Origin: Octopus vulgaris
Taxonomy: Eukaryota
Length of the DNA stretch: 64,000 bases
Assembly: GCA_951406725.2 (NCBI GenBank)
Contig: OX597815.1
Location: 164,982,001 to 165,046,000, forward strand
Reading direction: 5' to 3'
Shown here: one piece after another, positions 39,989 through 53,666 of the stretch
Position numbering within the stretch: position 1 is the first letter of the stretch
Layout: every line of letters begins with the position of its first letter
The notes under the pieces: model-generated
The model's database searches: none
What the model was told of the DNA's origin: nothing
What the model saw: the letters and a program-made list of their open reading frames with translations, nothing else
Program-made: the position numbers and the translations under genes

Positions 39989-40756
39989 TATCGTTGTTGG
40001 TTGCTGTTGCTGTTGATCGAACGGTCTTCGTCCCAGAGCTCGCAAGATGAGAGAAGTCCGAAACGTGTTCCTTTGCTATTCGTAAGACCCGCAGAAGAGA
40101 AAGCAGATCAACCCCCGACACCGAGAGCATCGACGGATGGATGAATGCGCATCCAGGCTCAGTGGTTGCGTAGGAAGTCGGGGACAAGAAACAAGAAGAA
40201 AGAGTGAGAGAAAAGTTGGAGCGAAAGAGTACAACAGGGGTCGCCACCACCCCCTGCCGGAGCCTCGTGGACCTTTTAGATGTTTTCGCTCAATAAGCAC
40301 ACACAACGCCCGGTCTGGGAATCGAAACCACGATCCTCCGACCGCGAGTCCGCTGCCCTAACCATTGGGCCATTGCGCCTCCACGTTGTTGTTGGCATTC
40401 CACCGCTTGCAACGACAAGGGTTCCAGTTGATCCGATCGACAGAACAGCCTGCTCGTGAAATTAACGTGCAAGTGGCTAAGCACTCCACAGACACGTGTA
40501 CCCTTAAGGTAGTTCTCGGGGATATTCAGCATGACACAGAGTGTGACAAGACTGGCCCTTTGAATTACAAGCACAACAGAAACAGGAAGTAAGAGTGAGA
40601 GAAAGTTGTAGTGAAAGAGTACAGCAGGGTTCGCCTTGTGGAACTTTAGGTGTTTTCGCTCAATAAACACTCACAACGCCCGGTCTGGGAATCGAAACTG
40701 CGATCCTATGACCGCGAGTCCGCTGCCCTAACCACTGAGCCATTGCGCCTCCACTG
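39989..40756 (-). mobile_element. Tandem pair of head-1 SINEs (body a, then body c)
   Basis: Heads end at about 40753 and 40383. The 10-bp repeat tgtgatatgt at 39979-39988 and 40757-40766 encloses both. Confidence 0.85.
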
Positions 40757-40777
40757 TGTGATATGTATATTAGACAA

Positions 40778-41090
40778 AAAGGAAAACTGGCATTCCGTCG
40801 GTTACGAGCGATGAAGGTTCCAATTTAACCGATCATCGGAACAGCCAGCTCGTGAAATTAACGTGCAAGTGTCTGAGCACTCCACAGACACGCGTACCCT
40901 TACGTAATTCCCTGGGAGATTCAGCGTGACACAGAATGTGACAAGGCTATTATTCATTTCTGCTAGCCGAGTGGACTGGTGCCACATGAAGTAAAGTATC
41001 TCGCTCAAGGACACAATGCGCTACCGGAAATCGACCTTACAACCTTACGATCGTGAACCTAATACCCTAACCACTAAGCCGCGCGCCTTC
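40778..41090 (-). mobile_element. SINE (head 2 + body a)
   Basis: Head as at 1-91, body as in 959-1345. TSD atgtatattagacaa / atgtaaattagacaa (40763-40777, 41091-41105). Confidence 0.85.
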
Positions 41091-41122
41091 ATGTAAATTA
41101 GACAACTCAGTGATACCCCCAC

Positions 41123-41182
<60 letters not shown>

Positions 41183-41462
41183 TGTATACGATTATACCTA
41201 CCAGTTATATGCAAAATTGTGTTTTCTGTAATTCCTTATTTTGTTTTAAATGTTGAAAGCCCCCCAGGTTAATACCACGGTTAATATCCTTCTTAATCGG
41301 CGTTGGTATTCTGGTATTTGATGTGTTTTAGATACACAGTGTGTTCGCGCTAGATTTGACAATACTTTGTTTCCTTTTTCTCAGGACCAACTTGATGTGC
41401 TGATTAACAGTCAACGGCGTTGGAGAGCTTAAAGATTAAAGTTGTAGCTGAGAAAAATTTAA

Positions 41463-41979
41463 GGATCATTATCTTTTGACCGACAGATTTAAAAAATAAT
41501 TTTTTGTAACTAAACACTTTCAAACTTCGGACACTGGTAGAACGTGTCATATGAAACATCTTTGCATTTTTGAGAAAAACTTATGTTTACGAAGTAATTT
41601 CACGTCACGGTAATTTCAACCAATCAATGACATGTATTCAGCTGAATAAAATCACTGCCGCTGTTTATCAACAACAACTATCGGCGGTGTATTTTTCGTT
41701 TGTCACTGTTATTTATGACATCGTTCGTGCGTTTGTACTGGCTTTAGCTTTAAGGTTTTAGGATTAGGGTTTTAGGGTTAGGGCTAGGGTTAAGGTTTTA
41801 GGGTTAGGGCTAGGGTTAAGGTTTTAGGGTTAGGGTTGTCATAAATAACAGTGACAAACGAAAAATACACCGCCGGAAGTTCTTGTTGACAAACAACGGT
41901 AATAATTTTTTTCAGCTGAATACACGTCATTGATTGGTTGAAATTACCGAAATAGGACTACTTTGTCGCGGAAATTTCC
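41463..41979. mobile_element. GGA...TCC element with ~100-bp internal inverted arms around a TTAGGG-variant array
   Basis: Arms at about 41608-41720 and 41837-41949, with ttagggttagggctagggttaagg repeats at about 41755-41837. The left part is homologous to the 34766 element (aaacttcg..actggtagaa; atttcaaccaatca). Confidence 0.75.
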
Positions 41980-42062
41980 TTGTTTTTGTCACGCCCTTCT
42001 TCGCGCCCCCTAATACATGGCGCCCCTGGCGATTGCCCGAGTTGCCGGTACTTTGAGCCAGC

Positions 42063-42132
<70 letters not shown>

Positions 42133-42283
42133 CGCGTGTGTATGTGTGTGTGTGTGTGTTCATTCGAAGCTGATGATTTCCGCTACGCTACTCCGAAGTT
42201 TGTCGCTTGCATACGTTCGTTCTGGCTAGAAAGAAAATAACGCTTACAAGCCAGAATTTCCAAACAGTGAATTTTCAACTTCG

Positions 42284-42349
<66 letters not shown>

Positions 42350-42768
42350 GTTAACGTCATATGAAATTCAAAGGATACCTTTAGTCAACTGTAGGACTTT
42401 TGTCATGTTTATAGAAGATACGAGTTCGTGTCCCACGGGCAGTTTCCGAATTTTCTATCTAAAAGGGTTTTTTTTTTATTCAATATTTATACGCTATTAT
42501 TTATAGCTTTATCTGCTTCTGGTTTCACCGTTGCAAGAGAGAACTAAACACACATACACACACATACATATATGCATATGCATACATACACACTTTCATA
42601 ATTATTTGCATGATTCAACAGAATCGAGGCAAGGACACTAGGGTAGAGCCAAGGATAGCATACCCGTGTATTAACAGTGTGTACGGACATTCACGTACTT
42701 ACTAATGTATATACGGATTTGTTCTTTCAGTTACGCATGTATGTATGTATGTACATCTTGATGCTGAC

Positions 42769-42799
<31 letters not shown>

Positions 42800-43500
42800 T
42801 GTATGTATGTATGTATGTATGTATGTACTGATTTAGAAATATACTGAAATTCGTGGACAGAAAGGCAACTATTAGTTTTGTATTTCGAATCCAAAAGTAG
42901 AAAATATTTTTGATCTGTAACAAGTTACAAGATCTGTTCATGTTCAAGCTGGAGCAGGATTTTTCAGTAACAGCTGCTATGGCACTCCGCTACTTGTGCC
43001 CCAACTCCTTTCAGAGAATGCGTGCAGAAAATCTGAAGATGGAAATATAAATTAACTGCTTTTTTTTTTAGTATGTTGTACGAAAAGAAAACTCGTATAT
43101 AGTAATGGAATGAACATAGTATGTTAACGAAATTTGCATAGCAATTATATAATTGCTGGAGCAGATTGAAGAATCTTTCAGTAACAAAACACGGTTAAGA
43201 TAAGCAAGAGAGGGTGTCGTTGTTAATTTTACCACAGAGAATATACAAATTTAGGGAGGTTCTATCGCCTGCTCAAAATGAACCCCGAGCGTGTATAGGC
43301 ATACATGTTATGTAAAACACCAGTACAAGGAGAACTTTAAAGGTCAGGGCTATTATTCACTACATGAAAACACTTTTAAGTGAAATTATGTGTTATGGAA
43401 ATGTAATTTCAGATGTAATACAACCTGTTTGTTTCGAATGAGCCCTTTTGATGTAGCCTAGAAACCTGGTGTCTTTAAAATGTCAACTCTAAAATATAAC

Positions 43501-43596
<96 letters not shown>

Positions 43597-43749
43597 GTCT
43601 GTCTGTCTGATTATATATGTAGGTCTTTGTGCACCTATGAATGTATGTGTACAAATATATACATGTATTTATACATACACACACATATATATACATACGC
43701 TTATATATACTCATATTCATTTGTATAATTGCACATTTATATGTATATA

Positions 43750-43806
<57 letters not shown>

Positions 43807-44187
43807 GTATATGTGTATGTGTATGAATGTGTATATGTATATGCATGTCTGTATATATAAGTACAAATGTATATGTATGTGCCTGTGAAATGTGAGGACA
43901 TAAAAGTGCGAGGACTTGCATATATTAGTCTATATAAAATTTTTTATATATGAATATGCACGTACATGGTATTTGAATGCTTACAAATGTTTAAGAGTAG
44001 GTCTGCAAAAGTATCATTCATAGACTGTGTTTATTTACGAACTTTAGCGAAGTATTATAACTTATTATTGATTTCATTCAGTATCTTTTTATTGCAAATT
44101 ATTTATTGAGTTATATATCTGTTTATCTCTAGAGCCTAGTGGTACATTATTAAGATGTGGGGATTCTAATAGCAATGAAGTCATATA

Positions 44188-44553
44188 CAGTAATCCCTCG
44201 ACTAACGCTGGTGTTACGTTCCAAAACCTCCCGCGATAGGTGAAAATTCGCGAAGTAGAAACAGTACTATACTCACTAGCGTAGCTAGAGTGTGTGCCGC
44301 ACGGGGCGGCCCTTCCGTTCGCCGCCCTGGGCCCCACAAAGAAACACATATTGCTTATGGCAGACCCAAAAGTGCCGCCTGTGGTGCCCCCACCCCAGCT
44401 ACGCTAGTGACTGCACTGTATATTTTTAAAATCCTTTTTATAATTTTTATATATTTATTTTATTATAAATGCAAAACAACACCACAGAGGAATCGACGAG
44501 GGCTTAAATAATAAACCGCGATAGGTGAACCGCGATATGGCGAGGGATTGCTG
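44188..44553. mobile_element. Tc1/pogo(Tigger)-type MITE
   Basis: TA-flanked TIRs cagtaatccctcg / cgagggattgctg. Confidence 0.85.
44274..44409. mobile_element. Nested 136-bp MITE with CACTA...TAGTG ends
   Basis: Perfect 13-bp TIR cactagcgtagct and a 3-bp TSD act. Confidence 0.75.
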
Positions 44554-44691
44554 TACTGACCTGATTTTAATCCATGCAGTACAATTTTATTAATTAAAAT
44601 TTCCCTCGGTGTACCCTCATGAAAATGAAAAATATGAATACTCCTGCATTCATAAAAATGCACAGGACTCTTATGAAATCTCTTATGAAAA

Positions 44692-44850
44692 GGCGCGGGA
44701 GTGGCTGTGTGGTAAGTAGCTTGCTTACCAATCACATGGTTCCGGGTACAGTCCCACTGCGTAGCATCTTGGGCAAGTGTCATCTACTATGGCCTCGGGC
44801 CGACCAAGGCCTTGTGGATTTGGTAGACGGAAACTGAAAGAAGCCTGTCG

Positions 44851-44900
<50 letters not shown>

Positions 44901-45095
44901 TGCCTGTGTTTGTCCCCCAAAATCGCTTGACAACCGATGGTGGTGTGTTTACCTCCCCGTAATCTAGCGGTTCGGCAAAAGAGACCGATAGAATAAGCAC
45001 TAGACTTCCAAAGAATAAGTCCTGGGGTCGATTTGCTCGACTAAAGGCGGTGCTCCAGCATGGCCGCAGTAAAATCACTGAAACAAGTAAAAGAG
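44692..45095 (+). mobile_element. Full-length CORE-type SINE
   Basis: Same family as 33776-34225. Confidence 0.9.
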
Positions 45096-45374
45096 AAAAA
45101 AATATATAAATTTTGTGAGTTCAGGGGAGTTTCATAAACTATCATTTTTTTACACTGGACTCAGTATCACTGCCTCGCACCCGCAAGCCAGCTTACTACT
45201 GATGGGTCTCCAGTAAGGTGGAGAATAATTTTAACTCCAAGAGCCGGGACAGATACCACAAAATGACTCATAATATCTCTGACAATTCTATCAATTAGTT
45301 TTTTTTTTTTTAAAATAATTTCGAAGTCTTATACATAGTTTTCAGCCACGTTTGAGTACATATCTTTAATAATT

Positions 45375-46460
45375 ATTTCAAATTTTTTGCTACAAGGGCA
45401 GCTTGGGAGAAATGGGGATGTGTCAATTACATCGACCTCGGTGTTCAAATGGTACTTATTTTATCGACCCCGAAAGGATGAAAGGCAAAGTCGACTTCAG
45501 CGGAATTTGAACTCAGAACGTATCGATAGGTGAAATACCTATTTCTTTACTACCCACAAGGAGCTGAACACATAGAGGGAAAAAACAAGGACAGACAAAC
45601 GGATTAAGTCGATTACATCGACTCCAGTGCGTAACTGGTACTTAATTTATCGACCCCGAAAGGATGAAAGGCAAAGTCGACCTCGGCGGAATTTGAACTC
45701 AGAACGTAACGGCAGACAAAAATACGGCTACGCATTTCGTCCGGTGTGCTAACGTTTCTGCCAGCTCGCAGCCTTAATACATAATATATGCACATGTTTT
45801 TAATAATAATCGTTCATATAATGGCCAGCCAGCTAGGTACATAAATTTCGCTATTTGTAGTTTTCTTTCAATATATCTCTTGCTCACAATGATGTCTACA
45901 TTTTGGACTAATATTCAACTATTTGGGTTCCTTCTCTTGTCCATTTCTCAAGTTAGAAGGCTTAAAATTTCAGGGGGAAACCCTTTTTCTACAGAGATGG
46001 TGTGTTCTCATTTTCCGATACGCAACATATAAATAATCCTTTTTTTATTTTGGCGCGTGGCCAGCAAATTTGACATCGACCGCAGTGCCTACTAGTACTT
46101 ATTTTATCGACCCTAGAAAAGATCAAAGCAAAATCGATCTCGGCGGAATTTGAACTCAGAACGTGAAGTCGGAAGAAATGCCGCTGAGCATCTTGTCCAG
46201 TACGGATACGGTTTCGCCAGTTCGCCGTCTTAGACAAACATATAATTAAAATTGGTTTCAAATTTTAGCACAAGGCTAGCAAATTCGAGTGAAGGGAAAA
46301 TCGATTACTTCCACCCTAGTGTTCAACTGGTTCTTATTTTATCGACCCCCGAAAGGTTGAAAAAGCAAAATCGACCTCGACAAAAATTTGAACTCAGAGC
46401 ATAAAGACATGAAATGCCGCTAAGCATTTTGCCAGGCGTGCTAACGATTCTGCTTGCTTT
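45375..46460 (-). mobile_element. Meta-like SINE dimer (45375-45776) and two further copies (46040-46460)
   Basis: The family core is repeated four times. Junction gaaatacctatttctttactaccc at about 45533. Confidence 0.85.
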
Positions 46461-46509
46461 TTACCTTAAAAAACATAAAGCATAAAACAAAAGCAAACAA
46501 AAAATCAAC

Positions 46510-46682
46510 AGGAGTGGCTGTGTGATAAATAGCTTGCTTACCAACCACATGGTTCCGGGTTCAGCCCCACTAGTAGAAGACACTTGCCCTAGGCATCTAG
46601 GGCAAGTGTCTTCTACTACAGCCTCAGGCCGACCAAAGCCTTGTGAGTGGATTTGGTAGACGGAAATTGAAAGAAGACCGTC

Positions 46683-46742
<60 letters not shown>

Positions 46743-46915
46743 GTGTATGTGTGTATTGGTGTGTTTACGTCCCCGTAACTTAGCGGTTCGGCAAAAGAGG
46801 CCCACAGAACTCACAACGGACTTCATTCAGCTTCCATCTATCAAGTCTACTCACAAGGCTTTAGTCGACCCAAAGCTAGTGTAGAAGACAGCGGCCCAAG
46901 GTGCCACGCAGTGGG
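46510..46915. mobile_element. Rearranged CORE-type SINE followed by an inverted fragment
   Basis: Plus copy at 46510-46799 with an internal hairpin, and a minus fragment at about 46815-46915. Confidence 0.8.
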
Positions 46916-48192
46916 ATATCTTATGAATGAATGTGAAATAAAACTTATGGCAAAGTTGTGATTTCTTTTTATTTTCACACAATTTCATAACCGGAAAAAT
47001 GTCCTAATTAGACAATCAATTAATTTTTTTTTTTTTTGATTGTCCAGTTTTCACGATTTCAATGATCTTGATTGTTTGGTCATTCCCCTATGCCATTAAA
47101 GTCACCTGGATCTGGGTCACCTGGATCGGCCAGGCTGTCTTGTGCCAAGTCGGCTCCGCTGGCCACGGTATTTGCTCCATTCCTCTCGTGTATTCGCCAT
47201 TCTCCTCCACCTTGTTCCAAATATCTTTCTTAAATCGTCTTCCCACCTGATTAGTAGTCTTCTGAGTGGTCCCTTCCGTTCATTAAAGTACTTTTTTCTT
47301 TTTACTTCTTATTTCATTTCTGGCTTTTACTATATGCCTTCTGCCACGTTAGTATTACCTGTCCCTGCATTTTCAGCTTCAGTCTTTATTGTACTACCAG
47401 GAACATCAAAATATTCTGTCAACTCACATAATTTTGATATCACATGGATGTATTTCTTTCTTTGTCTTCCTTTTGCTCACGTTTTGTGCTTCCCGAAGTA
47501 TCATGATGTCCAATATCTCTGACTCTACTATTCATCGCTATCTGTAATAGGAAAAAAATAGGAATAAAAATATGAATAAAAAATGTATTTAAAAACATGT
47601 TTTGTATATCATAAATTAACATGTAAACTACTTCAGTAAATCAAGGCTGTGGGTTATTACGTACCATTTGCAAAACGAAGCCTCTTCTGAACTAGCAGCT
47701 TCAGATCGAACATTATAGTAAGGCTTGTGGAAAATAAAGTTTGGTTTGATGTTAGTACAAAAATGAAGTGTTTTAAAGAGACAATTATAAAAAGTAAGTG
47801 ACAGTGAGAGAACAGATAAATAAACTGATCCAACAACTGGCAAAACAAAGTTTGTAATTGCTGCTCATACAAAGTCTTTATACTAGTTCATGGTCTGAAA
47901 TTTAAAGTCTTTGAATTAAGAAAAAAATGGAAAATGCTATTTGATTATCTCCTATCATGTACCTGCTTCAGTCATTGGGCTGAGGTCGCTTGGGCACCGC
48001 CTTAAAAGGTTTATTTAGTCGAACAAATCAACCTCAGTACTTATTTTTAATATCTCGGATGGAACCTTTCGTACTGAGAAATCTCACAAGTCACAATGAA
48101 GTGTTTTAAGGATGATACAACAGTATAAAGCTAAGATTCAATTCATCTAAAATCTGAACCGAAATAATTATTTTTATGGATCTATCTGCATA

Positions 48193-48357
48193 GGCGCAGG
48201 AGTGGCTGTGTGGTAAGTAGCTTGTTTACCAACCACATGGTTCCGGGTTCAGTCCCACTGCGTGGCACCTTGGGCAAGTGTCTTCTACTATAGCCTCGGG
48301 CCGACCAAAGCCTTGTGAGTGGATTTGGTAGACGGAAACTGAAAGAAGCCCGTCGTA

Positions 48358-48449
<92 letters not shown>

Positions 48450-48658
48450 GTGTGTCTGTGTTTGTCCCCCTAGCATTGCTTGACAACCGATGCTGGTGTG
48501 TTTATGTCCCCGTTACTTAGCGGTTCGGCAAAAGAGACCGATAGAATAAGTACTGGGCTTACAAAAGAATAAGTCCCGGGGCCGAGTTGCTCGATTAAAG
48601 GCAGTGCTCCAGCATGGCCGCAGTCAAAATGACTGAAACAAGTAAAAGAGTAAAAGAG
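48193..48658 (+). mobile_element. Full-length young CORE-type SINE
   Basis: ggcgcaggagtggctgtgtgg...gggttcagtccc, internal (TA)n(TG)n, tail gtaaaagagtaaaagag. Confidence 0.92.
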
Positions 48659-48725
48659 ATACCTGAAGGATTAATGTTTAAAAGTCAAGTAGCACGGATC
48701 ATATACGAAATATATACTAAAATTC

Positions 48726-48726
<1 letters not shown>

Positions 48727-48783
<57 letters not shown>

Positions 48784-50005
48784 GTCTTTGCACAGCTTCT
48801 AACGCTGGCGATGTACTACGGAATCAGCTGTTCACTACCAGTGAACTAAGGTAACACCTCTTATTTTTCGAGCACCTTCCGGAGTATTCGAGCGGTTCCA
48901 AGCAGCGCTGTTTTCTGCAAATGCTTCACCCTTATTTCAGTCCCTATTTGTTCCACGTACTTCTCGAGATTTTTGTTCACTGTTCCCAGGGCTCCGACAA
49001 TTATTGGTACTACTGCTACCTTTTTCATCGACAACAACTGCTTAGCTTCCCGAGCTAACTTGTCATATCTCTCGACTTTTCTTTCTTCCTTGTCGCATAC
49101 CTTGTTGTCAGCTGGGCATGCTATATCTATGATCCAGCATAGTTTGTGGTCGTACCAATCTTTTGCTCTGTCAAGTCCATACTTGTTGCAAAGTGTCCAA
49201 TGGATAAGCCTGGCTATATTGTCGTGGCGTCTCTTATATTCCTTCTGGGCTAGTGGCGTACATTGTCTGGTAATATGTCATACGGTTTCCTCGTTTTGTC
49301 CACAGATTCTGCACTTATCACTTTCTATTGTGTTGTATATTCTGTATTTTATGTAGTTTGTTCTTAGTGCTTGCTCTTGGGCAGCACAGATTAGAGCCTC
49401 CGTTTCCGGTTTTAAATTACATTTAGTCATCCACAGCCATCTTTTTCCTCTGTCTGTCTTATCTTCAACATCTCTATGAAATTGACCACGCATCTTTTCT
49501 TTACCCACGTATTTTCAGTTTCATTCGTGTTCAATTTCTTGTATAGTGCTTTATCTTTGCAATCTTTCACCATACACAAGCGTGATCTTCTTACTTCTAA
49601 TAATAGCGGTTCTGTGGCATTTTTTACATACCATGCTGTGTTGTTTTCTGCTCTAATGCTGTGTTCGCATCCACCCTCTTTTTCTTGGTACATACAGTCT
49701 GTCTGTGTCACTTTTTGGGTGGAGTGACCTATATCTAGTTAGCAACTTCCTTGTCTTTCTGTCTAAGCTGTTTAGTTCGTCTACTGTCCATGCGATTACC
49801 CTTTCTCCATATCTAAGGAGTGAAACCGCCCAGGTGTTGATAGCTTCAATCTTATTCCGTCTGTTTAACTTCGACTTAAGGATCAGTCTCAGTCTGCGCG
49901 AGTCCTCCACATTAAATTTTTCTGTAATTTCATCCATTTCCAATATCCCCAAGTACTTATAGCCCGTCTCTTCTTTCTGCTTCCTAAACTTCCCCGACGG
50001 TATTT
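48727..50005 (-). mobile_element. 5'-truncated R4/Dong-clade LINE with restriction-like endonuclease region and (TAA)n tail
   Basis: KIEAINTWAVSLLRY, LHPKSDTDRLYVPRK.GG, ETEALICAAQEQAL, CRICGQNEETV*H (CCHC), IIDIACP and PIIVGALG. (TAA)n at 48727-48783. Confidence 0.9.
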
Positions 50006-50174
50006 CTAGAACAAAAGGGAAAGTATAGTCGGTTATGTAGACACCAATACATTACTGGTTCTTTATTGAACTTTGGAAGGATTAAATGTAATCTTGATCT
50101 TAATGGTATTTGCACTCTGATTGTCAGGAGACATAAATGAAAACAGCAAGATACCCTAACGTTTCAGCCAATCC

Positions 50175-50390
50175 ACCCCGCGCTTCCATACTTCCATGCT
50201 TCCTGAGATTCGCCAACACTACACTTGATTTTCTCCCCTCCATACACACACAAGCATGTATCTGACTCATACATTGTTCGCTTTCCAGACATTTCTACAT
50301 TACTGCATGTACTTTATATGCACTTTCTGACAAGTTGTGGTGCACCTGAGCACTGTATACAATAATTTCATTATTATTATTATTATATTA
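50175..50390 (+). mobile_element. Probable LINE 3' tail fragment ending in (ATT)n
   Basis: Ends gtggtgcacctgagcactgtatacaataatttcattattatt. No ORF. Confidence 0.35.
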
Positions 50391-50404
50391 TAAAGTTATC
50401 TATA

Positions 50405-50616
50405 CGAAGGTGTGCTGAAAAGTTCCTGGCATTAAGGGAATTACGAAAGGCCTGGTTCGAAGCCCAACCTTCCAAGTTAATCTACAGGGTTTAGAAAAAC
50501 TGAACGACTGCTGCAATAAGTGTGTGAACCTGAGAGGGGAATATGTTGTACAAAATCATAACAGATCCTCCTGTATTTTCCTTTACCCAAAGCCAGGAAC
50601 TTTTCACACTCGCTCG
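50405..50616. mobile_element. Mariner-derived MITE
   Basis: TA-flanked TIRs cgaaggtgtgctgaaaagttcctggc / gccaggaacttttcacactcgctcg. Confidence 0.8.
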
Positions 50617-51432
50617 TATTATATGTTAGTAATCATCTGATTCATTCAAATGATTTATGAAAAATAAAGGCAGCGAGCTAGCAGAATCATTAAGGCATCA
50701 GGAAAAAAAAAATCTTTTGCGATATTTGTCCCGGATCTTTATGTTCTGAGTTCAAATGGGACCCGAAGTCAACTTTATTCTTCATCTCTTCGAGAGTTGA
50801 CAGAATAAGGTATCAGTCAAATACTTGGATCGACGATACAGACCAACCCACTCCCATCAAAACTGCGGTTCTTGAGTGTAAATTAGAGGCCACTTATGAG
50901 AAAAACAATAGTTAAACTCAGTTATTGTGTGGTGAAATATGCTTCGAAATAGGGAAATAGAGAAAAGTATAGTTACAAGAGTTGGGTCTAAGGGTACGAC
51001 CCTGAGACGAAGCAGCACAGAACCGCAGCTCAATCAAGAGCATGCACATGGTTTATTTTTGACATCCGGCATATGTCGAAAATTCCATTAAAAAATATCC
51101 ATTTTTCTGAAAGTTATGAGGAAACAAATTCGGGACAGCAGTGTGTGTGTGTGTGTGGAGAGATTCGTGTCGGTATGCAAAATTCTTGACATACAACTTT
51201 CGGAATTTTTTGAGGTACCAGACAGAACATTCAATCAATGAATTTAATTATTTAGTAATTGGATGTCTAGGAACACGGAAACATTTACCAATCTAAATGT
51301 TTCTTTCACAGAAATGGGAAACGTCCAGTTCTAGAACATAACATAAAAGCAGCTGAATATGCAAAGGGAAGTAACTCTTATTAGCTTATCTAGTTATTTC
51401 CCTTACATTATATATTGTTGTGGTTGTTGTCG

Positions 51433-51540
<108 letters not shown>

Positions 51541-52033
51541 CTTCTTTCTTCAAATTTTCTTCCGTTTCTCGCCGAGTGTTTTCCGTGCAGAGAAGCTCAT
51601 TGTATACATTCCCAGATTACACACACATGTAAAATACGTATCTAAAGAAATTTATAAATAGTTATGGGGACGTAAACACACCAGCATCGGTTGTCAAGCG
51701 ATGTGGGGGCGGGAGGTGGGGGGACAAACACAGACACACATACATACCCGGAACCATGTGGTTCGTAAGCAATTGTTGATAATATTTAGATACAGTGTTA
51801 CTTTTTTCTAGTGCCTCTTTTTCTAGATAAAATTGCGACTTTTATTCAATGGTTCCCTCGCTCCCTGGATACCAAGAGCTAAGTCACACATTTTTCATTG
51901 ATTGGAGATGCTACCAGCAACAACAGATGTTAGAATATAAATATATATATGGATCATCAGTGGATCATATATCCGAAAAAGAAGCTCATTCAAAACGTTA
52001 GGGCAGTAATATATTTATAGGAAGTTAATTACA

Positions 52034-52431
52034 TGGCTGGTCATAGAGTGACCTGTGGTTTCGCATCCATAAAGCGCTAAGCCTTATAGACGTCTCGTCA
52101 GACTCCAATGGCTGCCGACAGATAACTTTCTTTCAAACTGGAGATAGAAAACCGTTATTGTCGGTTAATTTTGTAAACAAAAAAATATATTGTCCGAGCC
52201 TTAAGTGGAACGGGTTATTGCCCTTAGATTAGTCCGGTCAGCAAATTTTTACGGTCCTAATCGACGAACTGCGAGTCCCGCCCTTAGATTGGTTCCAGGC
52301 CACAAATAATTTTTATGTTCCTAATCAACGAACGGGAAATCCCACGCTTGCTGTAGGAGCATTTGGAGTCTAGTGAGTTGTTTATAAGGCAAAGCGCTTT
52401 ATGGATGTGAAACCATTGGTCACTCTATGAC

Positions 52432-52437
<6 letters not shown>
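52034..52437. mobile_element. MITE with ~85-bp imperfect TIRs and an internal ~60-bp tandem duplication
   Basis: tggctggtcatagagtgacc...catccataaagcgct / agcgctttatggatg...ggtcactctatgaccagtca. Confidence 0.75.
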
Positions 52438-53005
<568 letters not shown>

Positions 53006-53019
53006 CACACATACATACA

Positions 53020-53445
53020 TTGAGGAATCTACACCTACCCTATCCAGATTACAAATTCAGTTCATACCTGTAATTATTGGGGTCCTGGGATATGTAACAT
53101 ACTGCCTAAATACCAATCTTGAGAAATTAGGCTTCTGAAAGCCAGAAAGAAGAAAGCTGATTCGAAGAGTACAGATCCAAGCCATCACCGGAACTGTAAA
53201 AAACCTGTAAAAATTTCCAGAAGTTTATCATTTAAGTATATATGAGCATGTCTAGACATGCAACTATATTGCATGAGAATAGATACATAAAACAAAACAT
53301 ACAAATCTGCATGTATACATACATGCATACATAAATACCCTGTTGATGTTGAAATTCCAATGAAGGAGCCTTGGATCTAGGTTAGAAACTCCCTCTTTTG
53401 TCTATTGGCAAGAAATCTTGTTATAAAACTGAATAATGACATCCG
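53020..53445 (+). mobile_element. R4/Dong-clade LINE 3' end
   Basis: [12 protein letters not shown]...LEKLGF...QIQAITGTVK. The 3' UTR ends aaaactgaataatgacat before CATC repeats, and the same tail occurs at 58478-58567. Confidence 0.75.
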
Positions 53446-53468
53446 TCCATCCATCCATCCATCCATCC

Positions 53469-53666
<198 letters not shown>

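Noticed and set aside
41755-41837. True telomere or chromosome-fusion scar
   Set aside because: It is short, degenerate, in a single orientation and embedded in a transposon-like inverted repeat.
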